Origin: an uncultured Gemmatimonadales bacterium
GTDB taxonomy: Bacteria; Gemmatimonadota; Gemmatimonadetes; Longimicrobiales; RSA9
DNA: 64,000 nt
Reading direction: 5' to 3'
Assembly: GCA_963783305.1 (NCBI GenBank)
Contig: CAWAMW010000011.1
Coordinates: 64,001 to 128,000 of the forward strand
Each line of letters starts with the position of its first letter. Position 1 is the first letter of the stretch. The notes beneath the pieces were generated by a model. It did not search any database, was not told the origin of the DNA, and saw only the letters and a list, made by a program, of their open reading frames with translations. This document shows positions 8,271-18,990 of this stretch, piece by piece. A program made the position numbers and the translations under genes.

Positions 8271-9859
8271 CCGCAGCGCCGGGAGCGCGCGACCACGCGC
8301 TGCCCGTCCTGTCCGGGGTCCTCCTGGCCTCGTCGTTTCCCCCCGCGCCCCTCGCGCCTCTGGTATTCCTGGGCCTCGTGCCCCTGCTCCTCTTCATCGC
8401 CGACCGCCCGTCCGACGAGCGCGGCCGGTGGCAGGCGACCCGCGGCGGCGCGCTCACCGGCGTGGTCTATTTCGGCCTCCAGCTGTACTGGATGGCTGTC
8501 GCGCTCCTGCGGTACTCGCTCCTGGCCATCCCCGCCTACCTCGGGGCCGTGCTGGTCCTGGCGCTCCTGACCGCCGCCTTCGCGTGGGCCGTCCACCTCG
8601 TCCTCGACCGCTTTCGCCTCCCGATCCCCGCGGCGGCCGCCGTCTTCTGGACCGCCCTCGAATGGGTGCAGGCGCATCTCGGCGACCTCGCGTTCCCCTG
8701 GCTCGGACTCGGCACCGCTCTGGCTCCAATCCCGACCCTGGCCGGCGCGGCCGACCTCGTCGGCGCTCGCGGCCTCACCTTCTGGATCGCAGCGGTGAAC
8801 GGACTCATCGCTGTCGCAATCCTCCGGCACCGCGACCGGCGCCGGCTCGCACCCGCCCTCGCTCTCATTCTCGCCACCCTCGCCCTGCCCGCGGCCTACG
8901 GCATTGCTCGCGGCGCCACACTCTCCATGCGACCCGCCGCCCGCGTGGCCCTGGTCCAGCCGAATATCCCCGAAGAGGTCAAGCTGGGACCCGCCGGCGT
9001 AGACTCGTCGCTCACAGCCCTCACTGCACTCACCCTGTCGCTCCAGCACGAGGCGCTCGACCTTGTGGCCTGGCCGGAAGTGGCGCTCCCCGCCGATCTG
9101 CTCGCGGACGAGCGACGGCTGGAGGCGGTCCGGGACCTCGCCGCCCGCACAGGCGCCCCCATCCTCGTGGGCGCCTACGGAACGGGGGCGGGAGCCGCGT
9201 CGGCCCGGGGCGGTCGCTTCAACTCCGCGTTCCTCGTCCGAGCGGGTGAGGCCAGGATCGACCGTTACGACAAACAGCGGCTCGTCCCCTTCATAGAGCG
9301 CGTCCCGTTCTTCGGGCCCCGCACCCCCAGCGCCGGCGGCGAGGAGCCGGGGCGGCCACGCATGGGCGCCCTCCGCCGCGGGAGCGGCCGGCCTCTCATG
9401 GCCGCTGGCACCGCCCAGCTCGGGGTCCTCATCTGCTATGAATCCATCTTCGCCGACCTGGCCCGCGCGGACAGACGGGCGGGAGCCGACTTCCTCGTGA
9501 ACATCACCAACGACGCCTGGTACGGTCGGGACACTCCCGGGGGTCGGACCACGGCGCTCTGGCAGCACCCCGCGCACCTCGTTCTGCGCGCCATCGAAAC
9601 CCGCACTGGCATCGCCCGCGCGGCCAACACCGGTATCTCCCTCTTCATCGACCCGCTCGGCCGGCGCCATGGCGAGACGCGGCTCTTCGAAGCCACCACC
9701 AGCGTGGGCACCGTCCTCACCACCGACACCACCACCCTCTTCGTTCGCTGGGGCGACTGGGTCGGTGGGGGCGCGTCCGCTCTCGCACTCTTCACGCTCG
9801 TGTCGGCGCTCCTGGGGCCGGCGTGGCCGTTCCCCCCCAGGAGACCTCCGGGAGGTTGA
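8267..9859 (+). CDS. lnt: Apolipoprotein N-acyltransferase
   Basis: Multi-TM N-terminus, FPW, VQPNIP, catalytic triad motifs WPE, YDKQRLVPF, ICYES; NITNDAWYG, RAANTGIS; GTGA overlap start. Confidence 0.95.
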   Translation: MTAAPGARDHALPVLSGVLLASSFPPAPLAPLVFLGLVPLLLFIADRPSDERGRWQATRGGALTGVVYFGLQLYWMAVALLRYSLLAIPAYLGAVLVLALLTAAFAWAVHLVLDRFRLPIPAAAAVFWTALEWVQAHLGDLAFPWLGLGTALAPIPTLAGAADLVGARGLTFWIAAVNGLIAVAILRHRDRRRLAPALALILATLALPAAYGIARGATLSMRPAARVALVQPNIPEEVKLGPAGVDSSLTALTALTLSLQHEALDLVAWPEVALPADLLADERRLEAVRDLAARTGAPILVGAYGTGAGAASARGGRFNSAFLVRAGEARIDRYDKQRLVPFIERVPFFGPRTPSAGGEEPGRPRMGALRRGSGRPLMAAGTAQLGVLICYESIFADLARADRRAGADFLVNITNDAWYGRDTPGGRTTALWQHPAHLVLRAIETRTGIARAANTGISLFIDPLGRRHGETRLFEATTSVGTVLTTDTTTLFVRWGDWVGGGASALALFTLVSALLGPAWPFPPRRPPGG

Positions 9860-9884
9860 TCGTGCGGGCCGGTTACGATATACT
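9856..9884 (+). promoter_or_regulatory. sigma-70-type promoter for rpmE
   Basis: TTGATC (9856-9861), 17-nt spacer, TATACT (9879-9884). Confidence 0.7.
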
Positions 9885-9922
9885 TACTGGCTGACGAACA
9901 ACCGAACGAAACGGAAACGACG

Positions 9923-10324
9923 ATGAAGCAGGGCATCCACCCCGATTACGAGCTGGCCACCGTCCACTGCGCGTGTGGCAACACGTTCCAGACGCGGAGC
10001 ACCCGGGACGACATCCACCTGGACGTCTGCAGCGTCTGCCATCCGTACTTCACGGGCAAGCAGCGCCTGATGGACACCGCCGGTCGCGTGGAGCGGTTCC
10101 GCCGGAAGTGGTCAAAGCCGGACGCGTCGAAGGGCTCTGAGGCGCCTGCGGCCGAAGAGTCGGCGGCGGAGGAAGCGACTGCCGCGGCGAAGCCGGCCAA
10201 GCCGTCGGGCAAGAAGGCGAAGCAGGCGGCCGCCGCCACGGCCACGGCCGAAGCGGGCGCGGACACGCAGCCGACGGAGACGGTCGAAGCCGGGTCGTCG
10301 GATGAAGCAGAAGAAGAGTCCTGA
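9923..10324 (+). CDS. rpmE: 50S ribosomal protein L31 (Zn-binding type) with long C-terminal tail
   Basis: [31 protein letters not shown]; ~70-aa Ala/Glu/Lys-rich extension. Confidence 0.97.
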   Translation: MKQGIHPDYELATVHCACGNTFQTRSTRDDIHLDVCSVCHPYFTGKQRLMDTAGRVERFRRKWSKPDASKGSEAPAAEESAAEEATAAAKPAKPSGKKAKQAAAATATAEAGADTQPTETVEAGSSDEAEEES

Positions 10325-10348
10325 GCCGTTGCGCGGGACGACTGAACG

Positions 10349-10374
10349 AGAGCCGGGCGCGTCCCGGCTCTTTT
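10349..10374 (+). terminator. Intrinsic terminator after rpmE
   Basis: AGAGCCGGG-cgcgt-CCCGGCTCT followed by TTT. Confidence 0.75.
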
Positions 10375-10385
10375 CATAGGGTACC

Positions 10386-11461
<1,076 letters not shown>

Positions 11462-11465
<4 letters not shown>

Positions 11466-12334
11466 GCGGGCCCCGTCGCCCGCTCGAGCTCACCCGCCTT
11501 GCCGCCGAGCACCTCGCGGCGAAAGGCGTGGACGACGCCCGTCTCGACGCGGAGCTTCTCCTGGCCCACGTCCTCGGCCTCAAGCGCCTCGACCTCTATC
11601 TCCAGTTCGAGCGGCCGCTCGAGCCGCAGGAGATCGAAGCCTATCGCGAGGCGATCCGCCGCCGTGGCGCACGGGAGCCGCTCCAGTACATCGTGGGCGA
11701 GACCGATTTCCGCGACCTCACCCTGGCCGTGGACCCCCGGGTGCTGATCCCGCGCCCCGAGACCGAGCTCCTGGTCGGGCAGGTCCTCGACTGGGCGGCG
11801 GAGCGGGGACTCAGCGACGGCGCCGCCCTCGACCTGGGCACCGGCTCCGGCGCCATTGCACTCAGCCTCCTCGCCGAGGGCCCCTTCGGCAAGGTGGTCG
11901 CCACAGACGCGTCCGCCGATGCCCTCGCGGTGGCGGCGTCCAACGCCGAGAGGGCGGGCTCACCTCCGGGGCTGGAGCTTCGTCACGGCTCTCTCTTCGA
12001 CTGCGTTGGCGGGGGCGAGGAGTTCGACGTTATTGTAACCAATCCGCCGTACGTCTCGGAGACGGAGCGGGACACGCTCATGCCCGAAGTCCGGGACCAT
12101 GAGCCGGCGTCGGCCTTGTTCGCTGGCGCCGATGGGCTGACGTTGATCCGGGGCATCGCGGCGGACGCGCCCGCGCATATGACCGCCGGCGGCCTGCTCG
12201 CGCTGGAGGTGGGACTCGGACAGGCCGGCACGGTGGCTACCCTGCTGCGGGAGAGCGGATACCGCGAGCCGAGGGTCGTACGCGACCTGGCGGGTCGGGA
12301 GCGGATGGTGCTCGCGACGCGCGATCGAGAATAG
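11462..12334 (+). CDS. prmC: Release factor glutamine methyltransferase
   Basis: [30 protein letters not shown]; follows prfA. Confidence 0.97.
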
Positions 12335-12350
12335 ACCGGGAAGGGACATC

Positions 12351-12713
12351 ATGAACGAGGCAATGCTGGAGAAGGCGAAGGACGTGGGCCGGCTCATGGG
12401 CCAGACCAGCGAGTACAAGGCGCTGCAGCGGGCACGCGAGGCGTTGAACGAGGACCGGGAGACCGTGGAGTTGGTGAACCGTCTCGCGCAGCTGGAGCGC
12501 GACCTCCAGGGTCAGCTCCAGCAGGGGCAGCAGCCTTCGGAGGAGCAGCAGAAGGAGTACGAGGAGACCTTCTCGGAGCTCCAGTCCGGCTCCCGCTACC
12601 AGGCGCTCGTCGCCGCGCAGTCCAACTTCGACAAGGTCCTTCAGCGCGTGAACGAGAAGATCGGCGAGGGGATCGAGGCCGGGGCCAAGTCCAGCATCAT
12701 CATGCCGTCATAG
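12351..12713 (+). CDS. YlbF/YheA/YmcA (Com_YlbF)-family helical protein
   Basis: 120-aa all-helical Gln/Glu-rich protein with KAKDVGRLMGQTSEYKAL and AQSNFDKVLQRVNEKI patterns. Confidence 0.7.
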   Translation: MNEAMLEKAKDVGRLMGQTSEYKALQRAREALNEDRETVELVNRLAQLERDLQGQLQQGQQPSEEQQKEYEETFSELQSGSRYQALVAAQSNFDKVLQRVNEKIGEGIEAGAKSSIIMPS

Positions 12714-12720
12714 AAGGCCC

Positions 12721-13386
12721 ATGAAACTCGAATCGCTGAGGAACGGCGTGTACCGGATCCTGGATCCGCTGACGGCCTGGCTGTCGGATCATCGGGTTCA
12801 TCCGAACCTGTTGACCACGCTTGGGTTCCTGGTGACCATTGCTTCGGCGTTCGCGTTCCATCAGCACGCGGTTCGGACCGCGGGCTTCCTGGTCCTGCTG
12901 GGCGGCTTCTTCGACATCCTGGACGGGCGCGTCGCGAGGCTCACGGGCCTTGGCAGCAAGTTCGGCGCGTTCTACGACTCCACGCTGGACCGGATCAGCG
13001 AGATCGCCGTGTACTTCGGAATCCTCTCGCTGTACAACGACTATCGGCTGCAGCTGGGCGATGTCGGCATGATCTACCTGATCATGCTCGCCATGGCCGG
13101 CTCGCTGATGGTAAGCTACACCCGCGCCCGTGCGGAGGCGCTCGGCCTGGACTGCCGGGTGGGCCTCATGCCGCGGGCGGAGCGCGTGGTGCTCATTGGC
13201 GCCGCGTCGCTCTTCTTCGGGCTGGCGTGGAGCGGTCTCGTCCTCAAGGGCGTCATCGTGCTGCTCGCCGTGCTCACCAATGTCACCGCTTTCCAGCGCA
13301 TCGTCTGGGTGTATCAGAACGCCGCGGGCGTGCCGCTGGAGGACACTTCTTCTGAAACGGACCAAAGAGCGACCATTGAGCAATAA
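12721..13386 (+). CDS. CDP-alcohol phosphatidyltransferase (probable phosphatidylinositol-phosphate synthase)
   Basis: PNLLT, DILDGRVAR...GAFYDSTLDR signature, SYTRARAE, GLMPRAER; overlaps ino1. Confidence 0.9.
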   Translation: MKLESLRNGVYRILDPLTAWLSDHRVHPNLLTTLGFLVTIASAFAFHQHAVRTAGFLVLLGGFFDILDGRVARLTGLGSKFGAFYDSTLDRISEIAVYFGILSLYNDYRLQLGDVGMIYLIMLAMAGSLMVSYTRARAEALGLDCRVGLMPRAERVVLIGAASLFFGLAWSGLVLKGVIVLLAVLTNVTAFQRIVWVYQNAAGVPLEDTSSETDQRATIEQ

Positions 13387-14695
13387 CCACACGATCCGAC
13401 CGGCCGACGGCAAGCTCGGCGTCCTGCTCCCCGGACTGGGCGCTGTCGCCACCACGTTCATCGCGGGCGTCGAGGCGGTCCGTCGGGGCCACGCGCGCCC
13501 CATCGGCTCCGTGACGCAGATGCAGACGATCCGGCTCGGGAAGCGCACGGAGGAGCGGACGCCGCTGATCCGGGACTTCGTGCCGCTGTCGGAGCTGGAC
13601 CAACTGGTCTTCGGCGCCTGGGACCCGATCCCGGACGATGCGTACGAGAGCGCGAAGAAGGCCCGCGTCCTGGAGGACCGGGACATCGAGCAGGTGGGCG
13701 ATTTCCTGAAGACCATCAAGCCCATGCCGGCCGTCTTCGACCACGAGTACGTGAAGCGGCTCGACGGCCCCAACGTGAAGAAGGGCGCCAACAAGCTGGA
13801 GCTGGGCGAGCAGGTCCGTCAGGACATCCGCCGCTTCAAGGAGGAGCACGGCTGCGAACGCCTTGTCATGATCTGGTGCGGCTCCACGGAGATCTTCCTG
13901 GAGAAGGGGCCTCAGCACGACACCCTCGAGGCGTTCGAGGAGGCCATGCGGAACAACGAGCGCGCCATCGCGCCCTCCATGGTCTACGCATGGGCGGCGC
14001 TCAAGGAAGGCGTGCCCTACGCCAACGGGGCGCCGAATCTGAGCGCGGATTTCCCGGCGCTCCGGGAGCTGGCGGACCGGGAGGGGATCCCCATCGCCGG
14101 GAAGGACTTCAAGACCGGCCAGACGCTCATCAAGACGATCCTGGCGCCGGGGCTCAAGGCCCGCATGCTGGGCCTCGCCGGCTGGTTCAGCACGAACATC
14201 CTGGGGAACCGGGACGGTGAGGTCCTGGACGATCCGGAGAGCTTCAAGACCAAGGAGGAGAGCAAGCTGAGCGTGCTCGAGCACATCCTCCAGCCGGAGC
14301 TCTACCCGGACCTCTACAAGGACATGTACCACAAGGTCCGCATCAACTATTACCCCCCGCGCGGCGACAACAAGGAGGGGTGGGACAACCTGGACATCTT
14401 CGGGTGGATGGACTACCCGATGCAGATCAAGATCGACTTCCTCTGCAGGGACTCCATCCTGGCCGCGCCCATCGTGCTCGATCTCGCCCTGTTCATGGAC
14501 CTGGCCGCACGCTCAGGTATGGGCGGGATCCAGGAGTGGCTGTCCTTCTACTTCAAGAGTCCCATGGTGGCGCCGGGCCTGTACCCGGAGCACGACCTCT
14601 TCATCCAGCACATGAAGCTCAAGAACACGCTCCGTCACCTCATGGGCGAGGAGCAGATCACGCATCTGGGCCTTGAGTACTACGGGGAGGAGTAG
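13376..14695 (+). CDS. ino1: myo-inositol-1(3)-phosphate synthase
   Basis: GLGAVATT, GKDFKTGQT, WFSTNILGNRDG, YYPPRGDNKE, CRDSILAAP, LSFYFKSP; probable TTG start at 13376. Confidence 0.95.
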   Translation: MSNNHTIRPADGKLGVLLPGLGAVATTFIAGVEAVRRGHARPIGSVTQMQTIRLGKRTEERTPLIRDFVPLSELDQLVFGAWDPIPDDAYESAKKARVLEDRDIEQVGDFLKTIKPMPAVFDHEYVKRLDGPNVKKGANKLELGEQVRQDIRRFKEEHGCERLVMIWCGSTEIFLEKGPQHDTLEAFEEAMRNNERAIAPSMVYAWAALKEGVPYANGAPNLSADFPALRELADREGIPIAGKDFKTGQTLIKTILAPGLKARMLGLAGWFSTNILGNRDGEVLDDPESFKTKEESKLSVLEHILQPELYPDLYKDMYHKVRINYYPPRGDNKEGWDNLDIFGWMDYPMQIKIDFLCRDSILAAPIVLDLALFMDLAARSGMGGIQEWLSFYFKSPMVAPGLYPEHDLFIQHMKLKNTLRHLMGEEQITHLGLEYYGEE

Positions 14696-14779
14696 GGACG
14701 CTCGCGCTCCGCGCTCGCTGTGGGGACGTCTCGCTGGCGCTCGGCGGCTCGGGCGCTCGCTTCCGCGCTCCCTGTTGGG
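14696..14779. repeat. Imperfect ~30-bp direct repeat pair (REP-like) between ino1 and tmk
   Basis: GGACGCTCGCGCTCCGCGCTCGCTGTGGGG (14696-14725) vs GGGCGCTCGCTTCCGCGCTCCCTGTTGGG (14751-14779). Confidence 0.6.
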
Positions 14780-14791
14780 TGAGGTGAGAGG

Positions 14792-15430
14792 GTGAGGGGG
14801 ATCTTCGTCGCGTTCGAGGGGCCGGAGGGGGCGGGGAAGAGCACGCAGGTGAGGCGGCTGGAGGCGTGGCTGCGTGGCGCCGGGCAGGAGCCGTTGCTGA
14901 CGCGGGAGCCCGGGGGCACGGCGGTGGCCGAGGATGTGCGCCGGATCCTGCTGGAGTCGGATTCGCTCTCGCCCCGGACGGAGCTTCTGCTCATGCTGGC
15001 GTCCCGTGCTACGCTGGTGGAGACGGTCATCCGTCCGGCGCTCGCGGGAGGTCGGATCGTAGTGACCGACCGGTTCCATCTCTCGACGCTGGCGTACCAG
15101 GGTCACGGCCGGGGTCTGCCGCTTGCGGAGGTGGCGGCGATGAACCGATTCGCCACCGGCGGGCTGGAGCCTGACCTCACGATCCTGCTGGATGTGGCGC
15201 CCGACGTGGGCGCGTCGCGGAAGGCGGCGGCGGGGCAGGGGCCGGACCGGATCGAGCGGGCGGGTGAGGAGTTCCACCGGGCGGTGGCCGAGGCATACCG
15301 ATTGCTCGCTCGGGATGACGAGCGGATCGAGAGGGTGGACGCGGGCGGTTCCCCGGAAGAGGTGCATGCGGCGGTCGTGGGTCTGCTGAGGGAGCGGTTC
15401 CCAGAAACCTTCGGCACGATTCCGGGTTAG
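14792..15430 (+). CDS. tmk: Thymidylate kinase
   Basis: FEGPEGAGKSTQ, TREPGGT, DRF..STLAYQG, PDLTILLDV. Confidence 0.96.
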   Translation: MRGIFVAFEGPEGAGKSTQVRRLEAWLRGAGQEPLLTREPGGTAVAEDVRRILLESDSLSPRTELLLMLASRATLVETVIRPALAGGRIVVTDRFHLSTLAYQGHGRGLPLAEVAAMNRFATGGLEPDLTILLDVAPDVGASRKAAAGQGPDRIERAGEEFHRAVAEAYRLLARDDERIERVDAGGSPEEVHAAVVGLLRERFPETFGTIPG

Positions 15431-15465
15431 AGTAGCCCGGAGGCCGACAATCGGATGGAGGCGGG

Positions 15466-17163
15466 ATGAGGATGAAGCGATCGCTGGTGACGCCGATAGT
15501 GGTAGCCGTGCTGGGACTTGCCAGCGGCGGCTGGTTGCTCCAGCACGGGGTGGACCCGGCTACGAACGTCTATTACCAGACGCGGCTCCTGGACGAGGTC
15601 GTGGACTATGTCGCCGAGCGGTTTGTGGAAGAGACCGACCGGGACGAGCTCTACCAGATGGCCATCGACGGTATGCTGAGCGAGCTGGGCGACCCGCACT
15701 CCGTCTTCATGACCCCAGAGGACTACGAGGGTCTGCGGATGCAGACCAGCGGCGAGTATGGCGGTCTGGGGATCGAGATCGATATACGCGACGGCTGGCT
15801 CACCGTCCTGTCCCCGCTCCCCAACTCTCCCGCCGAGCGTGTGGGGCTGATGCCCGGGGACCGCATCATCCGTGTGGAGGGCGAGTCCACCCGTGGCTGG
15901 ACCACGGACAAGGCGGTTTCGGTCCTGCGCGGTCCGAAGGGCAGCCCGGTGAACATTGCGGTGGCGCGCATGGGCATCGAGGAGCCGATCGCGTTCGAGA
16001 TCACGCGGGGTGACATCGAGCTGACGGCGGTGCCCGCCGCCTACATGATCGACGACGGCATCGGCTACGTCGAGCTCACGGTCTTCAGCGAGACGGCCAC
16101 GGACAGCCTTCGTCACGCCATCGACCGGCTCCGCGAGGAGGGCGCGCGATCGCTCGTGCTGGACATGCGGCGCAACTCCGGCGGGTTGCTGGAGCAGGGA
16201 ATGAGCATCTCCGACCTGTTCCTGGACCGTCGGCAGCTGGTGGTGGAGACCCGGGGACGCACCCCCGAGCAGAACCAGTCCTTCCGGGCGGCCCGGCCGG
16301 ACCAGTACGACGGTATGCAGGTGGCGGTGCTCGTAGGCCAGCGCAGCGCCTCCGCCACGGAGATCGTGGCCGGCGCCCTGCAGGACCACGACCGGGCTGT
16401 GCTGATCGGCCAGACCACTTTCGGCAAGGGCTCAGTGCAGACTCTTTATCAGCTTCCGGGCCAGAACATCCTGAAGCTCACGACGGCGCGCTGGTACACT
16501 CCGTCCGGCCGCACCATCCAGAAGCCGTACGGGGTCGGAACGTCCGCGTCCGTGGTGCGCGACGACAGCGGCGATGTCGAGCTCGTGCCGGATGATGCCC
16601 GGGACGCCGAGAAGAAGCGGGAGGACGACGTGCCGATCTACCACACGGACATGGGCCGGGAGGTCCTGGGCGGGGGGGGCATCACCCCTGACCTCGTAGT
16701 GGCGGACACGCTGTCCACGGACGTGCAGCGCCTGGTCCAGACGATTCAGGACCAATGGCCGCTCTTCAACAACCTGCTCTACCGGTACGCGGTGGAGTAT
16801 GCGCGCGACCGTAGCGAACTGCGACCCGGGTTCCCGGTCACGACCGAGATGCTGAACGAATTCCATGGTCTGCTGGCTTCGGAGGGGCTGAAGCTCGATC
16901 GCGCGGTGTACGACCCGGCGGCCTCGTTCGTGGGGCGGCGGCTGGCCAACGAGATCAGCGTGGTGGCGTTCAACCGGGAGGAGGGGTGGAAGCGTCTGCT
17001 GGAGGATGACCCTCAGCTGGATGTCGCGCTCGATCTGCTCCGGTCCTCCCGAACGACCGTGCAGCTGTTCGATCTGCTGCCCAGCTACGCCGAGCGGCGC
17101 GGCCTCATCCTGGGGCTGGAAGCGCAGGTGGAGCAGAACGGCGCTGCTCCGCACCCGTTCTGA
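15466..17163 (+). CDS. ctpA: S41-family carboxyl-terminal processing protease
   Basis: LGDPHS, GGLGI (PDZ), LDMRRNSGG, SASATEIVAGALQD, FGKGSVQ, GGITPD. Confidence 0.94.
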   Translation: MRMKRSLVTPIVVAVLGLASGGWLLQHGVDPATNVYYQTRLLDEVVDYVAERFVEETDRDELYQMAIDGMLSELGDPHSVFMTPEDYEGLRMQTSGEYGGLGIEIDIRDGWLTVLSPLPNSPAERVGLMPGDRIIRVEGESTRGWTTDKAVSVLRGPKGSPVNIAVARMGIEEPIAFEITRGDIELTAVPAAYMIDDGIGYVELTVFSETATDSLRHAIDRLREEGARSLVLDMRRNSGGLLEQGMSISDLFLDRRQLVVETRGRTPEQNQSFRAARPDQYDGMQVAVLVGQRSASATEIVAGALQDHDRAVLIGQTTFGKGSVQTLYQLPGQNILKLTTARWYTPSGRTIQKPYGVGTSASVVRDDSGDVELVPDDARDAEKKREDDVPIYHTDMGREVLGGGGITPDLVVADTLSTDVQRLVQTIQDQWPLFNNLLYRYAVEYARDRSELRPGFPVTTEMLNEFHGLLASEGLKLDRAVYDPAASFVGRRLANEISVVAFNREEGWKRLLEDDPQLDVALDLLRSSRTTVQLFDLLPSYAERRGLILGLEAQVEQNGAAPHPF

Positions 17164-17164
17164 T

Positions 17165-18007
17165 GTGACGCTCTGGGTCCTGTTGACACTGACAGGCTCC
17201 GGCCTGGTGATCGGGTTCATGTCCGGTCTCGTCGGAATCGGAGGAGGGGTGCTGATCGTGCCCCTCCTCTACTTCTTTTATGCCCACGCAGGCTGGAGCG
17301 GTGTCGCGCTCGCGCCCGACCTCCAGGCCGTGGTGGCGCACGCCACCAGCCTCTTCATCATCGCACCCACCTCGGCCCTCGGGACCTGGACGTACCACCG
17401 CTCCGGGGTAGTCGCGTGGCGGGCGGCGCTGCCCATCGCCGGATTCTCTGTGCTGGCCGCGCTCCTGGGGACCCAGCTTGCGCCGGAGATCCCGGCGCCG
17501 TGGCTGAAGCTGGGGTTCGGAGCGCTCCTCCTGGTTTCGGGATCGAGGCTGCTGCGGAAGGGCCGGTCGAACCCCGAGTCGGGCCGTCGCTCGCGCCTGC
17601 TTGTGGGCGCTGTCGCCGGAGTGGCGGTGGGGCTGATGTCCGCGCTGCTCGGCGTGGGGGGCGGGATCGTCGCGATTCCGATCCTCGTCTACTTCGTGGG
17701 CCTGGAGCTCGACAGGGTGGCGGCCACGTCCATGGCCATCATCGTGTTCACCGCGTTGGCGGCCGTCGCGGGTTATGCCCTGGCCGGGCTCGGTGAGGAG
17801 GGGCTGCCGCCCGGCAGCATCGGCTACGTCCACTACATGGCCGGTCTGCCGGTGCTGGCCGGGGCGCTGATCGCGGTTTCTACCGGTGCGCGCGTGAACC
17901 AGCGGATGGATACGCAGAAGCTGAGGCTCCTGTTCGGAGCCCTGTTCATTCTCCTCGGGCTCCGGCTCCTCCTGCAGAACGCATCGATCCTTCCCGGAAT
18001 CGGATGA
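17165..18007 (+). CDS. TauE/SafE (TSUP) family membrane exporter
   Basis: Duplicated SGLVGIGGG / SALLGVGGG..P and ATS motifs, ~8 TM; GTG start at 17165. Confidence 0.88.
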   Translation: MTLWVLLTLTGSGLVIGFMSGLVGIGGGVLIVPLLYFFYAHAGWSGVALAPDLQAVVAHATSLFIIAPTSALGTWTYHRSGVVAWRAALPIAGFSVLAALLGTQLAPEIPAPWLKLGFGALLLVSGSRLLRKGRSNPESGRRSRLLVGAVAGVAVGLMSALLGVGGGIVAIPILVYFVGLELDRVAATSMAIIVFTALAAVAGYALAGLGEEGLPPGSIGYVHYMAGLPVLAGALIAVSTGARVNQRMDTQKLRLLFGALFILLGLRLLLQNASILPGIG

Positions 18008-18936
18008 CCGACGAGCCCGAGCGGGCTGCCGTGGACCCCCAGTATCCGGCCCCGGCGATTCCGCCCGGGGGCGTGCTGCTGGTGGCCGTCCTCGCGATGA
18101 GCTGGGGCGGTCCGCTCGTGCGCTATGCCACCGCTCCCGCGCTCGCGGTGGCGGGGTGGAGGGTGGCGTTTTCCGTCCTGATCATTACCGCCGTGGTTCT
18201 GCTGCGGGACCGGGGCCGGCGGATCCGGGCGCTGAGCGGGAGGGACTGGGCCCTCGCCGCCGCGTCGGGCGCATTCCTGGCCGGGCATTTCTGGAGCTGG
18301 ATCGCATCGCTCTCACTGACTACGGTGGCGAGCTCGGTCGTGCTGGTGAACACGCAGCCGGTTTTCGTGGCGCTGCTCTCCAGCGCGTTCCTGGGCGAGC
18401 GGCCCAGCCCCCGTCAGTGGGTGGGAATCGGGGTGGCCGTGATGGGCGCCGCGGTGATCGGCTGGGGCGACTTCGCGGGGGGGCGGGACCCCGTTCTGGG
18501 CGACCTCCTCGCCGTGGCCGGCGCGGTGCTGGTATCGCTCTACTATGTCATCGGCCGTCGACTTCGCCAGCGACTGGATCTCTGGAGCTACATCGCGGTG
18601 GTCTACGGTGTGGCCGCAGCGATCCTGCTCGGCGCCGCGGGCGCGCTCCCGGACGTGGCGGTGACGGGGTACCCCGCCGGCGACTGGCTCGTCTTCCTGG
18701 CGTTGGCGGCCGGCCCGATGATGCTCGGGCACACAGGCGTGAATTACGCACTGCGGTTCGTCCCCGCATACGTCGCGAACCTCGCGTTGCTCGGCGAGCC
18801 CATCGGCGCCACGCTCCTGGCCTGGTGGCTGCCGGGGATCCGGGAGGTGCCGAGTATACAGCTGCTGCTGGGAGGATTGCTGGTTCTGCTCGGAATCGGG
18901 CTGGGCGTACGGCGTCGCGCTCGGTCCGGCGAGTGA
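18004..18936 (+). CDS. DMT/EamA-family transporter
   Basis: ~10 TM helices, SLSLTTVASSVVLVNTQP, GDLLA, LLGEPIGATLLA. Confidence 0.88.
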   Translation: MTDEPERAAVDPQYPAPAIPPGGVLLVAVLAMSWGGPLVRYATAPALAVAGWRVAFSVLIITAVVLLRDRGRRIRALSGRDWALAAASGAFLAGHFWSWIASLSLTTVASSVVLVNTQPVFVALLSSAFLGERPSPRQWVGIGVAVMGAAVIGWGDFAGGRDPVLGDLLAVAGAVLVSLYYVIGRRLRQRLDLWSYIAVVYGVAAAILLGAAGALPDVAVTGYPAGDWLVFLALAAGPMMLGHTGVNYALRFVPAYVANLALLGEPIGATLLAWWLPGIREVPSIQLLLGGLLVLLGIGLGVRRRARSGE

Positions 18937-18990
18937 CGGATCGGGCCATGGGCAGCGCATGAAAAAGGCGGCAGAATTGGAGAGAGCGGT

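Noticed and set aside
14696..14779. Mini-CRISPR array
   Set aside because: Only two degenerate units, the spacer resembles the repeats, and there is no leader or cas gene.
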